From the NCBI GenBank assembly GCA_964541395.1, contig CAZIPM010000002.1:41309-105308 (forward strand): DNA of 64,000 bases, written 5' to 3'. The notes under the pieces were generated by a model. It was given only the letters and a program-made list of their open reading frames with translations, did no database searches and was not told the DNA's origin. Below, piece by piece: positions 27,690 to 37,982 of this stretch. Positions within the stretch are counted from its first letter, which is position 1, and the number at the start of each line of letters is the position of its first letter. Source of the DNA: an uncultured Gammaproteobacteria bacterium (lineage in GTDB: Bacteria; Patescibacteriota; Microgenomatia; UBA8517). The translations under genes were made by a program, and so were the position numbers.

Positions 27690-28664
27690 TCATTTTGAAG
27701 CAAACTTTTCTCTGAATATTATCTGAAGTGTTAAAACTACCGGCATGGAAATAATTATTCCAACCACACCTGCTAGTCTAAAACCAACCGATAATGCAAA
27801 TAAAGTAATAACAGGAGAAATACCCACCGATTTTTCCATTACCTTGGGAACAAATAAATAATTTTCAAGCTGTTGTATTAAAAATGTTAAACCTATGGCT
27901 GCAAAACCCAAAAACGGGCTGTAAGAAAAACCTAAAATTATTGCAGGGACAGCAGCAATAAGTGGTCCCAAGTAGGGAACGATTTCAAATAATCCGGCTA
28001 AAAGTCCAAGTGGCAGGGCATAAGGAATTCCCAAAATTAAAAAGCCTAAGTAACTAGATAATCCTACTAAAAACATCAAAAGAAGTTGTCCTCTAGCCCA
28101 TCCTCCTAATCTTTCTTCCCAAAGAGAAACTAATTCTGTATATTTATCACTGTTTTCTTTTCCAAACAGGAAACTTAAAGTATCGTCAAGTTTATTTCTC
28201 ATCAGAAGAAAATAAAATGCAAAAATTAAAACCGTCAATACATTGAAAACATTTGAAATAATTCCCAAACCTGCTTTGACAATTTGTGAAGGTACAGAAC
28301 CCAATGCAGAAATAAGTTGATTTAGAATTTCACCATTGGCAAACCGATCCAATCCCAATTGTTGAAGATTATAAGGTAACGAATTTACTAAGTTGGTAGT
28401 TTGTTCTACCAAAGGTGGAATAATTGCGGCAACCGCACCTCCAATAATACCAAAAATCAAAAGATACGAAACAAGAATAGAAACTATCCTGGGAACTTTA
28501 TATCCGTTTAATCTGTTGACTAAAGGATTTAAAATTGCAGCAATGATAAGAGCTACAAAAACCTGCAAAAGAATATCGCCTATTCTATATACTAACCATG
28601 AGGCAATAATTAAAAACAGCGCAAATAAAATTGTTTTGTGAGATATTTCGACTTTTCTTGTCAT
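27690..28664 (-). CDS. AI-2E (PerM) family transporter
   Basis: Multi-TM; VPYLGP and QQLENYLFVPKVM motifs. Confidence 0.9.
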   Translation of the reverse strand: MTRKVEISHKTILFALFLIIASWLVYRIGDILLQVFVALIIAAILNPLVNRLNGYKVPRIVSILVSYLLIFGIIGGAVAAIIPPLVEQTTNLVNSLPYNLQQLGLDRFANGEILNQLISALGSVPSQIVKAGLGIISNVFNVLTVLIFAFYFLLMRNKLDDTLSFLFGKENSDKYTELVSLWEERLGGWARGQLLLMFLVGLSSYLGFLILGIPYALPLGLLAGLFEIVPYLGPLIAAVPAIILGFSYSPFLGFAAIGLTFLIQQLENYLFVPKVMEKSVGISPVITLFALSVGFRLAGVVGIIISMPVVLTLQIIFREKFASK

Positions 28665-29576
28665 CTAACTTCTATTTAACCATTTTTTAACCAAAATTTC
28701 CACATTTTTATAGTAATCTTGTTCACTAATGTCAAACCAATTAATCCTTGTATCTTTTCTAAACCAAGTATATTGTCTTTTAACATACTGTTTTTCACTT
28801 TTAATCCATTCAACAATAAAATCTTCATAACCCAGTCCCGACTTTAAAAACTTTTCTGACTCACGATATCCAATTGATTTCATAGATTGATTCTTCCAGG
28901 AAACCCCAGACTTTAATAAATCTTCAACTTCATCAATAAAACCGTTATTCATCCTCATTTCGACCCTATCTCCAATTCTCTTGTCCAATAAATTGCTGTC
29001 TGCTTTAAGACCTATAAATAAAGTGTCATACCGTTGTTTTTCATATACCACTGACAGATGTTTGCTTCCGTTCTCCATTTTCCATATTGCTACTTCAATT
29101 GCCCTGACCAATCGCCTGGGGTTTTGTTTATCTGAAGAATTCAGAGACGCTGCTTTTGCAGAATCCAGAGTAGCTAATTGTTCAAATAATTCCAATATAT
29201 TTTTTTCTGTTAAAGTTTTTCTCAGATCTTCGTTCTTAGGTATGTCAACAGTACTTATGCCATCTACCACAGCTTTAATATAAAGTCCTGTTCCACCAAC
29301 CAAAATAGGTAGTTTATTTCTGGAATATATTTTTTTGATGACTTTTTGTGTAAAAGCTACGTATTGGGAAACACTGAAATTTTCACCAGGTTCCGCCAAA
29401 TCATAACCGTGTATCGGAACTTCTCCCCATTCTTTGCCTGTCCCTACATCCATTTTTTTATATAACTGTCTGGAGTCGGCAGAAACTAATTCACCGTTAA
29501 ATGATTTCGCCAATTTAAAAGCCAAGGAGGTTTTTCCGGTGGCTGTAAGGCCGCAGATTACCAATAGTTTTTTCAT
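28665..29576 (-). CDS. miaA: tRNA dimethylallyltransferase
   Basis: GLTATGKT, SADSRQLY, VGGTGLY and KRQYTWF motifs. Confidence 0.96.
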   Translation of the reverse strand: MKKLLVICGLTATGKTSLAFKLAKSFNGELVSADSRQLYKKMDVGTGKEWGEVPIHGYDLAEPGENFSVSQYVAFTQKVIKKIYSRNKLPILVGGTGLYIKAVVDGISTVDIPKNEDLRKTLTEKNILELFEQLATLDSAKAASLNSSDKQNPRRLVRAIEVAIWKMENGSKHLSVVYEKQRYDTLFIGLKADSNLLDKRIGDRVEMRMNNGFIDEVEDLLKSGVSWKNQSMKSIGYRESEKFLKSGLGYEDFIVEWIKSEKQYVKRQYTWFRKDTRINWFDISEQDYYKNVEILVKKWLNRS

Positions 29577-29585
29577 TTTTTTCTT

Positions 29586-30380
29586 TTAGCTGCTGGCGCT
29601 TGTATATTTTTTAAGAGCATATTTCCAAAACTGAAGAGACAACATAAATAGTGCCATTCCAAAAAGTACTGATGAGATAACTCCGATAGGATTAATCAAA
29701 CCCATAAAAGCTTTGGCAGGAATTGAAATCATAAGACCAATTGGTACAATAAATGTTATCAGGCTACGCAGTGGTTCTTTGTAAATGTCTATCGGAAATC
29801 TCCCCAGTCCTACCAAGTCTCTATAGATCATCACAGTGTGATCTATTTCTAAAGTAATTATTCCCATAGCCAATACCAGGATATGAAAGGCTGCAGAAAT
29901 AACAAGGCCGTTTAAAACTAAAATAACATAATAGAATATAGCCAATCCGCTTGGATTCAATAAGTTTCCTATATACCAGACAAGAATTACAAGAGGGGGA
30001 ATTGTAATTAAATCCGTCGCATCAGCACCCCCCAAAAGTACTCTAAAAAGGGGGCTCATGGGTTTTGTCAATATAAAATCAAAGGTACCTGAAATAATTT
30101 GTGGCCTAAATCTGTATACCTCCCGAAATAAAAACTGTCCTATTATATCAATGAGGTTGAAAGTCAAAAAGAAGAATAATGTTTGGTTTAAAGAATAGCC
30201 AGCTAAAGTATTAGTGCCTTTAAGTAAAAAATAAATAAAACCACCGAAAAAAGTAAATCTAATTATTTTTCCAATAAGAAAAACAATTATTGTGGGATTA
30301 TGATTAAACACAGGTAAAATATTTTTAACATTCAAGTGCCACCAAATTCTTAAATAATATTTAAATTTTTTAATATTCAT
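29586..30380 (-). CDS. ABC-2 family permease (DUF990 type)
   Basis: GTFDFILTKP, FPIDIY and YTSASS; follows ATPase and permease. Confidence 0.88.
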   Translation of the reverse strand: MNIKKFKYYLRIWWHLNVKNILPVFNHNPTIIVFLIGKIIRFTFFGGFIYFLLKGTNTLAGYSLNQTLFFFLTFNLIDIIGQFLFREVYRFRPQIISGTFDFILTKPMSPLFRVLLGGADATDLITIPPLVILVWYIGNLLNPSGLAIFYYVILVLNGLVISAAFHILVLAMGIITLEIDHTVMIYRDLVGLGRFPIDIYKEPLRSLITFIVPIGLMISIPAKAFMGLINPIGVISSVLFGMALFMLSLQFWKYALKKYTSASS

Positions 30381-31180
30381 CTTCCTTCTGAACTATAAAT
30401 TTTAAGACCACTTAACCAAATTTTTTTCATAATAATTGACAAAATCAAACTCCAAAACAACGCAACCATTATACCTTGCATAGACTCAACTATGGTTATC
30501 TGACCTAAATAGACCTGTAGCGGGAAAAAGACCAGATACGGAAAAGGTGTTAAATTAATTGTCTTTTGCCAGGTATCCGGAAATATATCTAAGGGGAAAA
30601 CTGCACCCGAAAGAAATTCCGTGATAATCATCATGAAGATAAACTGAGCCCCCCAAGCCAACTCCGGCATCCAAAATGTAACAAAACTGACAATCATCCT
30701 TATTACAAAAATCAGATAATTTGCTAGAAGAAGTATTATTAAAAATAAAAGTATATATAACAGATTAGATTGAAAAAAAAGCGGCGGTTTAAGAATTATC
30801 GCCAGAATAATAAATTCTGAAATTGAAAAGGCTAAATTTAAAGCCTTACTGGACAGATCTCTCGTTAACCAATATTTAAAATAATTAATCGGCCTTATCA
30901 AATAATTACTAAGTTTTCCGTCAGCAATTTCTCCCGGTATGTCAACTGAACGGGCGGAAAAAACAAGTGCTCTGATAATTATTATTCCAAATACGTATGT
31001 TAATATTTTCTCCCTGTTGTAACCGAAGACTTCAGTATTGGTGTCAGCGAATACCGAATTCCAAAGAAAATAAGTCAGGATTATCTGAAACATATTCCTG
31101 ACTCTCCACATAATAAAATTTATTTTATAGGCGAATTCCTGTTGGAATGAAATTGTAAAAATTGATATAAACTTTCTCAT
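30377..31180 (-). CDS. ABC-2 family permease (DUF990 type)
   Basis: G.LSNYLIRP, LSGAVFPLD and YSSEG motifs. Confidence 0.88.
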   Translation of the reverse strand: MRKFISIFTISFQQEFAYKINFIMWRVRNMFQIILTYFLWNSVFADTNTEVFGYNREKILTYVFGIIIIRALVFSARSVDIPGEIADGKLSNYLIRPINYFKYWLTRDLSSKALNLAFSISEFIILAIILKPPLFFQSNLLYILLFLIILLLANYLIFVIRMIVSFVTFWMPELAWGAQFIFMMIITEFLSGAVFPLDIFPDTWQKTINLTPFPYLVFFPLQVYLGQITIVESMQGIMVALFWSLILSIIMKKIWLSGLKIYSSEGR

Positions 31181-32157
31181 TTATTTCTTCTGAATACTTT
31201 GCGGATGACGTCTTCAATAGGGGTCTCTTCAATATTCAAATCGGTTACCGGAAAATTTTGTAATATTTCGGAGGCGGCAATGGCTGCAGTTGCCCTAGGT
31301 ACTGAAAGTATTACTTCAGGAAATGCCATTTTTTTGATTTTTCCTACCTCCTCTAATTTTTTAATATTATCATCGGATGCCAGGGTAACTTTAATTATTT
31401 TTTCTTTAGCATAATCTGAAACCAATTTCTCCAAAGCTCCGTCAAAAATGATTTCACCTTCATCAATTACAATTACACGTCTTGCCAAATCCACCAGGTC
31501 ATTCATATTATGTGAAGTTAATAGGATAGTGGCTTTATTTATTTTATTGTATTCATAGATAAAGTCACGCAGTACTTGTTGGGCTACCAGATCCAGGCCT
31601 ATGGTTGGTTCATCCAAAAACAATACTTTTGGTTTATGGATTAATGCAGCAATAAGTTCCATTTTCATCCTTTGACCAAGAGAAAGTTTTCTGACAGAAG
31701 TTTTTAGTAATTTCCCCACATCCAAAAGTGCTACCAATTCTTCCAGATTCTTTTCATATTCTCTTGTTTTAAGTTCATAAATTTCTTTATTTAGTTCAAA
31801 GGTATCTATAGCCGGAAGATCCCACCACATTTGATTTTTTTGACCAAAGACTGCTGCAATTTTTTTTAAAAAATCGTGGGATTTATCCCAAGGGTTATAG
31901 TTTAAGACTGATACAAATCCTGAGGTTGGATATAATAACCCTGACAACGTTTTTAAAGTAGTAGTTTTTCCTGCTCCGTTTGGTCCTATAAACCCAACCA
32001 GTTCACCTTCTTGAAGAGAAAAGGAAATTGACCTAACAGCCCTAACTTTCTTTTTTTTAGGTTTAAAGATTGAAGTGACAGCTCCTTTTAAACCAGATTC
32101 TCTTTCAACAACTTCAAAATCTTTAATCAAACGATCGACTACGATAGCATAGTTCAT
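31177..32157 (-). CDS. ABC transporter ATP-binding protein
   Basis: GPNGAGKT, LSLGQ and LFLDEPTIGLD motifs. Confidence 0.95.
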   Translation of the reverse strand: MNYAIVVDRLIKDFEVVERESGLKGAVTSIFKPKKKKVRAVRSISFSLQEGELVGFIGPNGAGKTTTLKTLSGLLYPTSGFVSVLNYNPWDKSHDFLKKIAAVFGQKNQMWWDLPAIDTFELNKEIYELKTREYEKNLEELVALLDVGKLLKTSVRKLSLGQRMKMELIAALIHKPKVLFLDEPTIGLDLVAQQVLRDFIYEYNKINKATILLTSHNMNDLVDLARRVIVIDEGEIIFDGALEKLVSDYAKEKIIKVTLASDDNIKKLEEVGKIKKMAFPEVILSVPRATAAIAASEILQNFPVTDLNIEETPIEDVIRKVFRRNK

Positions 32158-32175
32158 GACTTTCTTAGTATAGCA

Positions 32176-32451
32176 TTAGCGGATTACCTGGCGCTTCAAA
32201 GTTTTTCCCGGAGTGAAACGTGGAGACCTATGAGTTTTGATAGTGACCATTGTATCTGTATTGGGGATTTTGACTGTCTTACCTTTCATGGAGATTACTC
32301 TAAAGGTACCAAAGCCTGATAAAACAACTTTTTCACCCTTGGCTAAAATTCTGCCAATTTCGGCTAGGAATACTTCAACAGCTTCTTCAGCTGCTCTTTT
32401 AGTTAAATGGGCCTTTCTTGAAACCTGATCTATTAAATCTCTCTTGGTCAT
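32176..32451 (-). CDS. hup: HU family DNA-binding protein
   Basis: MTKRDLI, V.LSGFGTF and PRFTPGK motifs. Confidence 0.92.
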   Translation of the reverse strand: MTKRDLIDQVSRKAHLTKRAAEEAVEVFLAEIGRILAKGEKVVLSGFGTFRVISMKGKTVKIPNTDTMVTIKTHRSPRFTPGKTLKRQVIR

Positions 32452-32499
32452 TTCGACTCAAAGCATAAATCAAGACCTACTAATTGTCAATAGATTGGG

Positions 32500-32664
32500 C
32501 TAATTGACTTCAACATAAAAAACATCAACTTTATCGTGATTTGGAGTTTCACCCTTTTTTTGTTCATAGTTTTCCCCACGAGTAACCAATTCTACAAGCT
32601 TTGCTTTACCACCAGAAATAAGTATTGCTTTTTGTATTTCAGTTTTTGGTTCTTCTATACTCAA
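32500..32664 (-). CDS. Hypothetical 54-aa protein (missed by ORF track)
   Basis: SD GAAGGTGA then TTG: MSIEEPKTEIQKAILISGGKAKLVELVTRGENYEQKKGETPNHDKVDVFYVEVN. Confidence 0.5.
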   Translation of the reverse strand: MSIEEPKTEIQKAILISGGKAKLVELVTRGENYEQKKGETPNHDKVDVFYVEVN

Positions 32665-32787
32665 TTTACTTCACCTTCTTTCAAAATAAAGGTTGGTCGC
32701 CAAAAAAATTTTCGAAAAACTTGCCTCCTGGAAATTAAGTATGAATGATAATTAACTTGAAAACAATATTGTAAAAAAATAATCTTT

Positions 32788-33027
32788 TTAATCTGATTGC
32801 ATTTCGGTCACTACTCTATCTAAATTTACTGCAGCTCGTGTAGCTATAAATTGTTGTGCTACCTCTAGGCTTACACCAGTCTCCTGGCTTATTTTTATTA
32901 TCAACTCTCTCATAGCTTCTTCGCCCTCGGAATTTCCGGCTTCTAGTATATCTAGATCAAATCGAACCAGGGTCGTATTTGTCTCTTGAAGTCTTTTAAG
33001 GATCGGGTCCATATCAGATCTTGACAT
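32788..33027 (-). CDS. Hypothetical small protein
   Basis: 79-aa ORF after rny with TATTAT 5 nt before ATG. Confidence 0.55.
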   Translation of the reverse strand: MSRSDMDPILKRLQETNTTLVRFDLDILEAGNSEGEEAMRELIIKISQETGVSLEVAQQFIATRAAVNLDRVVTEMQSD

Positions 33028-33040
33028 AATTAATAATACA

Positions 33041-34204
33041 CTATTTCGCAGATGTCGTCGCAGTTGCTCTGACTTCCCTGATTGCAGTAACTTTTACCTG
33101 ACCTGCATATTCAGCTTCTTTTTCCAATTTTCTGGCTATGTCATGGACAAGTACAGTCAACGCTTCATCGTCAACTTCTTCCGGTTTTACAATGACCCTA
33201 ACATCACGACCTGCTTGAAATGCATAACCTATTTCAACACCGGCAAATGAATTAACTAAGCTTTCTATTTTTTCCATTCTGGAAACATAACCTTCGTGCG
33301 GTTCGTATCTGGCTCCGGGACGACTACCTGAAATTGCATCAGCTATCCAAACTATAACCGACTCTAGAGCTGAAAATGGTTTATCTTCGTGGTGTTCTGC
33401 AACTGCTGCAACAACTTCTTTTGGAATAGCATATTTTTTAAGTGTGTTAACACCTGCCGTAATATGGTTACCTTCTTCGTCCGTAACAACTTTTCCTATA
33501 TCGTGAAGTAAACATCCTAATCTAACTATATCTACGTTTGCCCCCAGCTCTTCTGCAATGGCAATTCCCATCTTTGTTTCTTCAATAGTGTGAATTCCTA
33601 GGTTTTGACCATATGATGTTCTGAATCTGTAACGACCTATTAATTTAAGAAGTTCTAAAGGCAGACTGTAAACTCCACATTCTTCTGAAATTTTTTTACC
33701 TTCTTCCAATAAAACATCATCCATTTGCGATCGGGTTTGTTTTAATACTTCTTCTATTCTTGAGGGTTGAATTCTACTGTCCCTGATTAAAACTTCCAAG
33801 GCTCGTTTGGCAATTTCTCTTCTGATTGAATCAAAAGAAGACAACCTAATTTCATTAGTGTCATCAATGATAACTTCCACCATGGCATCTTTTTCAAATG
33901 CTCTGATATTTTTACCTTCCGCACCGATAATTCTTCCTTTTACTTCTTCATTGGGAACAGTAACCGAAGAAACGGTATATTCCGCTACATAATTGGTGGC
34001 ACCATGCTTCATAGCATCAGCCAAGATATCCTTAGCTTTCTCATTGGCTTCCAGTTTTACCCTTTCTTCAGCAGCCCTTATTTTTTTGGCTATTTCAGAA
34101 GTGAGTTCTTTTTGGACTTCATCCAAAAGAGACTTCCTGGCTTCATCAGCCGTCATCTTGGATACTTTTTCTAATGCTTTGATGTAATCAGTTTGTGCAG
34201 ACAT
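33041..34204 (-). CDS. rny: Ribonuclease Y without N-terminal membrane anchor
   Basis: KH motif KGRIIGAEGKNIR, RTSYGQN, LLHDIGK, ADAISGSRPGAR and QAGRDVRV. Confidence 0.93.
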   Translation of the reverse strand: MSAQTDYIKALEKVSKMTADEARKSLLDEVQKELTSEIAKKIRAAEERVKLEANEKAKDILADAMKHGATNYVAEYTVSSVTVPNEEVKGRIIGAEGKNIRAFEKDAMVEVIIDDTNEIRLSSFDSIRREIAKRALEVLIRDSRIQPSRIEEVLKQTRSQMDDVLLEEGKKISEECGVYSLPLELLKLIGRYRFRTSYGQNLGIHTIEETKMGIAIAEELGANVDIVRLGCLLHDIGKVVTDEEGNHITAGVNTLKKYAIPKEVVAAVAEHHEDKPFSALESVIVWIADAISGSRPGARYEPHEGYVSRMEKIESLVNSFAGVEIGYAFQAGRDVRVIVKPEEVDDEALTVLVHDIARKLEKEAEYAGQVKVTAIREVRATATTSAK

Positions 34205-34310
34205 ATAAAATATGGAGTGTCTCTGAAGCAAATTTTTCTAAAACTTTACCTATATTTAACCCCATGATTGTATTATAACACAATCCATAATTAAATTAAT
34301 TTCAAATATT

Positions 34311-34736
34311 TTATTCTTCAAGAAATCTAGCGAGAACTATACTTCTGGGTGAATTTCCATTATCAGGATAAAGACTAATCAATCGGACTTTAGAAAGATG
34401 CGTAAATTCTATTACTCCTAATTTGTCTTTTCTTGGACCGTTAACTCCTTCTGAATCTAAAATTTTTGGCTTTCCTGTACTCAATTCAGTTAAGAGTTGT
34501 TGTAGTTCCAAATCAGCTCTTGATTTTGAGAGTTTAACTTCTACAACATTGCGTGATCCACGGAAAAATACTCTAAGTCCTACAATTTTTTTAGAAAATC
34601 TTTCATCTCTAAAAGCACCATCTAAAGTAGAAAGATCTTTCAACATAGAAGCCACTAATGACTCCTGAGTTACTGCTTCAGCATCTGCTTCTTGTGTGCT
34701 TAAGTCATCCAACTGCACTCTTAAAATTTTATCCAC
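34311..34736 (-). CDS. Hypothetical protein
   Basis: 141-aa ORF between recX and rny. Confidence 0.6.
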   Translation of the reverse strand: MDKILRVQLDDLSTQEADAEAVTQESLVASMLKDLSTLDGAFRDERFSKKIVGLRVFFRGSRNVVEVKLSKSRADLELQQLLTELSTGKPKILDSEGVNGPRKDKLGVIEFTHLSKVRLISLYPDNGNSPRSIVLARFLEE

Positions 34737-34767
34737 ATTTTATTTTAAACTATGTAAATAGATAAAA

Positions 34768-35385
34768 TCAATTATTTATGATTTGAACAATCACATCCCA
34801 TCCGAATCCTTTACCAGCCAAGAATTGCGTAATTTTTTGTTTACGTGTATTTTCATCTAATTTTTCCCATTTATACATTTTTTTTTGAACTAGGGCTTTT
34901 GCAATATTTTTTTCGTCTATTTCTATTTCTCCGAGCACTTCTTTAATTAATTCATTATTAACTCCTTTAATTCTTAATTCCTGTGATAAAACTCTTTTGG
35001 GTTTAGGTTTAAATAATTGTCTTTGTTCCACCCACCATTTTGCAAACTTTTCATCGTCAATTAGTTCTAATCTTATTAGTTTGTTAAACAATTCATCAAA
35101 AGAACTTTCATGTACTTTTTTTCTTTTTAAATAATCTCTAACTTCTTTCTCCGATCTTGGTCTTAGTGTGGCAAACCTTAACAGTTTATCCAACGACTTT
35201 TGAAATTCACGCTTTTTAACAATTTCAGATATTTGTTCTTCAGAAAGTTCCTGATCAACTTTTAAATGGTGTTTTACAAAATTTTCCAGATCCAGTCCAA
35301 AACCAAATTTATTATCCAGATATATATTCACCCTCTTTTGGTTTTTCTGAGGTTTTATGGAAGTGATTATTGCCACTATTTGCAT
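34768..35385 (-). CDS. recX: Regulatory protein RecX (start 35385 or GTG 35376)
   Basis: RPRSEKE, IDDEKFA, ELRIKGV and LAGKGF; downstream of recA. Confidence 0.9.
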   Translation of the reverse strand: MQIVAIITSIKPQKNQKRVNIYLDNKFGFGLDLENFVKHHLKVDQELSEEQISEIVKKREFQKSLDKLLRFATLRPRSEKEVRDYLKRKKVHESSFDELFNKLIRLELIDDEKFAKWWVEQRQLFKPKPKRVLSQELRIKGVNNELIKEVLGEIEIDEKNIAKALVQKKMYKWEKLDENTRKQKITQFLAGKGFGWDVIVQIINN

Positions 35386-35415
35386 TTTATAACAAACAGT
35401 CATAAAATTCTGCAA

Positions 35416-35742
35416 ATGACTCCAATAAGTAATATCAGACCAGCAAAAAACGAAGAGGTTGCAAAAGCAAATCAAATACTGGCTAAACGTCAAGCAACAC
35501 CTCCGCGAGTAGCTTTACCCGATCAAATAAAAGAAATTAGGGATGAATACATACGGTCAGGTGGGGCTATTACTATAGAATTTGAAGGAGAAAATTTAAT
35601 ACGTCAAGCTGAAAATACAAGCAGAAGTATACGGGGACATCTTACACACCAAGAGTTTGGCCTTACTAATCTGTCTTTAACTATCATTGACGAAGAAACT
35701 GACCCAAAAGTGGTAATGAAACGAAAAGGTCCTGAGAAATAA
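35416..35742 (+). CDS. Hypothetical protein inserted between recA and recX
   Basis: MTPISNIRPA... from ATG 35416; upstream part of the track ORF is antisense to recX. Confidence 0.6.
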   Translation: MTPISNIRPAKNEEVAKANQILAKRQATPPRVALPDQIKEIRDEYIRSGGAITIEFEGENLIRQAENTSRSIRGHLTHQEFGLTNLSLTIIDEETDPKVVMKRKGPEK

Positions 35743-35743
35743 T

Positions 35744-36829
35744 TTATTCTTCTTTATCTTCTTCACCTATTTCTTTGGGAAGTTTTTTTCCTGAAGCTGC
35801 CATTTCCCTGATTTTTTTCTCTAGTTCATCAGCCAGTTTTTTGTTCTCATTTATTGCTGCTTTTGTTCCCTCTCTTCCCTGTGCCAAGACTTTACCCCCG
35901 TAATTAAAAAATGAACCGCTTTTATTAATTAAACCAAGCTCTACAGCTACATCCAAAAGATTCCCCGATTTACTGATACCGTCTTCGTTCATAATATCAA
36001 ACTCCGCCATTCGAAGTGGTGGGGCTACTTTATTTTTAACAATTCTAACTCTCACTCTTGTACCGATTACTGTGTCATTCTCCCCTTTGATTGATTCAAT
36101 TCTTCTTATGTCCAACCTGACAGATGCATAAAATTTCAAGGCCATTCCCCCGGTTGTCGTTTCTGGGTTGCCAAACATAATTCCTATCTTTTGCCTTAAT
36201 TGGTTGGTAAAGATAAGAATTGTTTTGGATTTGGATATAGCTCCTGTCAGTTTTCTTAATGCCTGACTCATAAGCCTTGCCTGAAGGCCCATAACCGCAT
36301 CCCCCATTTCTCCTTCCAGTTCAGCCCTTGGAACTAATGCAGCAACCGAATCAACCACAATTACGTCCAGAGCACCTGATCTGACTAGTGTTTCGGTAAT
36401 TTCCAACGCCTGTTCCCCGGTATCTGGTTGGGAGAGAAGAAGATTGTCTAAATCTACTCCTATAATATCAGCCCTAACAGGATCTAATGCATGTTCCGCA
36501 TCCACAAATGCACACTGTCCTCCTTTTTTTTGCGCCTCCGCGATTATGGATAGTGCCAAAGTAGTTTTACCCGATGCTTCCGGCCCGTAAATCTCCACAA
36601 TACGACCCCTTGGAACCCCTCCTACTCCCAACGCCAAATCAAGTGCAATTGATCCAGTTGGAATGACATCTATGGCAATATTCTTACTACTTTCTCCCAA
36701 CCGCATAATCGAACCTTTGCCATACTGTTTATCTATTTGTTCCATGGCCATTTTAATTGCTTGAAGTTTAGCGCTTGATCCTTCCTGTTTAGTTGGGGCT
36801 ACTACTGTTTCGCTTTTTTTCTTCGCCAT
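35744..36829 (-). CDS. recA: Recombinase A
   Basis: [28 protein letters not shown] and KNKVAPP motifs. Confidence 0.99.
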   Translation of the reverse strand: MAKKKSETVVAPTKQEGSSAKLQAIKMAMEQIDKQYGKGSIMRLGESSKNIAIDVIPTGSIALDLALGVGGVPRGRIVEIYGPEASGKTTLALSIIAEAQKKGGQCAFVDAEHALDPVRADIIGVDLDNLLLSQPDTGEQALEITETLVRSGALDVIVVDSVAALVPRAELEGEMGDAVMGLQARLMSQALRKLTGAISKSKTILIFTNQLRQKIGIMFGNPETTTGGMALKFYASVRLDIRRIESIKGENDTVIGTRVRVRIVKNKVAPPLRMAEFDIMNEDGISKSGNLLDVAVELGLINKSGSFFNYGGKVLAQGREGTKAAINENKKLADELEKKIREMAASGKKLPKEIGEEDKEE

Positions 36830-36862
36830 TTCAAGTTACTTTTTACTCTGATCTATAGTAAA

Positions 36863-37333
36863 ATGCAAGCAGTAAATATGCAGATTTGGCAGAACTATTT
36901 TTTAATATTTTTATTATTTTATTCGTTAATTGCTGTCTTTAATGGTTACAACAAATGTAAAGAAAAGAAGGAAGCTTTTGAGGTAACTAACCTCTTTATT
37001 CCTTTGGGTGCCTGGGTTTGGGGTGATGTTTTGGTCTTTGGAATATTTTGGTTTATTGTTTCCGCTACCTTCCTCTTTATTCTAAAAAACTGGTATCTGT
37101 TTCTCCTAGTTACTTCAATTTACTGGACTGTCAGAAGTTTTGGAGAGATAAACTACTGGTTAAACCAACAGTTTTCAGTAATCAAAAAAAATCCTCCAAA
37201 AAATTTGCTTTTCCATAACATATTTTATAATGACTCTATTTGGTTTATTTATCAAACTGTCTGGCAATGTGTTGCTGTACTGTTTATAATAAGTTCTATC
37301 TATTTCTCATATATCTGGCTTACTAATTTATGA
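36863..37333 (+). CDS. Hypothetical multi-pass membrane protein
   Basis: About 4 hydrophobic segments; ATGA overlap with the NUDIX gene. Confidence 0.75.
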   Translation: MQAVNMQIWQNYFLIFLLFYSLIAVFNGYNKCKEKKEAFEVTNLFIPLGAWVWGDVLVFGIFWFIVSATFLFILKNWYLFLLVTSIYWTVRSFGEINYWLNQQFSVIKKNPPKNLLFHNIFYNDSIWFIYQTVWQCVAVLFIISSIYFSYIWLTNL

Positions 37334-37839
37334 ATTTTAAATACTGTCCGTATTGTAAAGGGGATTTGATTAAAAGAGGATTTGAATTTGATTGTAAAAA
37401 CTGTGACAATAAAGTCTATATAAATCCAGCTCCTTGTGTCTCTGTTCTGCCTATAAAAGACGGCCAGGTTTTACTGTCTGTCCGAAAACTTCCTCCTTAT
37501 AAAGGAGAACTTGACTTGATTGGAGGCTTTATGCAACCAAACGAAACAACGGAAGAGTGTGCCATCAGAGAATGTAAAGAAGAAACAGGATTAGATATTA
37601 AGATAATTAAACTATTCGGAACTTATCCCGACAAATACGGGAAAGTGGGTTCTTTTACTATTAATATTCAATATCTGGTTAAAATTATAGATGGAAAAAT
37701 GAAAGCAACTGATGACATTTCAGATCTTAAATGGATAAACATTATGGATATCCCATCTATAAAACTTAATAGTTTTAAGAATACAAAAGTTACTCTAAAA
37801 GACCTATTTAGGTCGTATAGTCGGGAATCTGAGAATTGA
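37330..37839 (+). CDS. NUDIX hydrolase with N-terminal zinc ribbon
   Basis: YCPYC..CKNC; Nudix box GGFMQPNETTEECAIRECKEETGL. Confidence 0.92.
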   Translation: MNFKYCPYCKGDLIKRGFEFDCKNCDNKVYINPAPCVSVLPIKDGQVLLSVRKLPPYKGELDLIGGFMQPNETTEECAIRECKEETGLDIKIIKLFGTYPDKYGKVGSFTINIQYLVKIIDGKMKATDDISDLKWINIMDIPSIKLNSFKNTKVTLKDLFRSYSRESEN

Positions 37840-37891
37840 ACTCAGGCCTGACGCACCCCATGCGCCAATTCTACCGTTAAACTAATTCCCG
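37821..37891 (-). tRNA. tRNA-Pro(GGG), CCA not encoded
   Basis: Reverse complement CGGGAATTAGTTTAACGGTAGAATTGGCGCATGGGGTGCGTCAGGCCTGAGTTCAATTCTCAGATTCCCGA, followed by CTA. Confidence 0.92.
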
Positions 37892-37982
37892 TTGTTTTAT
37901 CTTTAGTATTCTATCAAACTCAAGGATACAATCCAAACCAACATTTAAATCACTGGCCTTCTGTATATGATAAAATCAAATT

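Noticed and set aside
32536-32748. 70-aa Phe-rich plus-strand ORF
   Set aside because: It is the antisense shadow of the SD-bearing minus-strand ORF 32500-32664.
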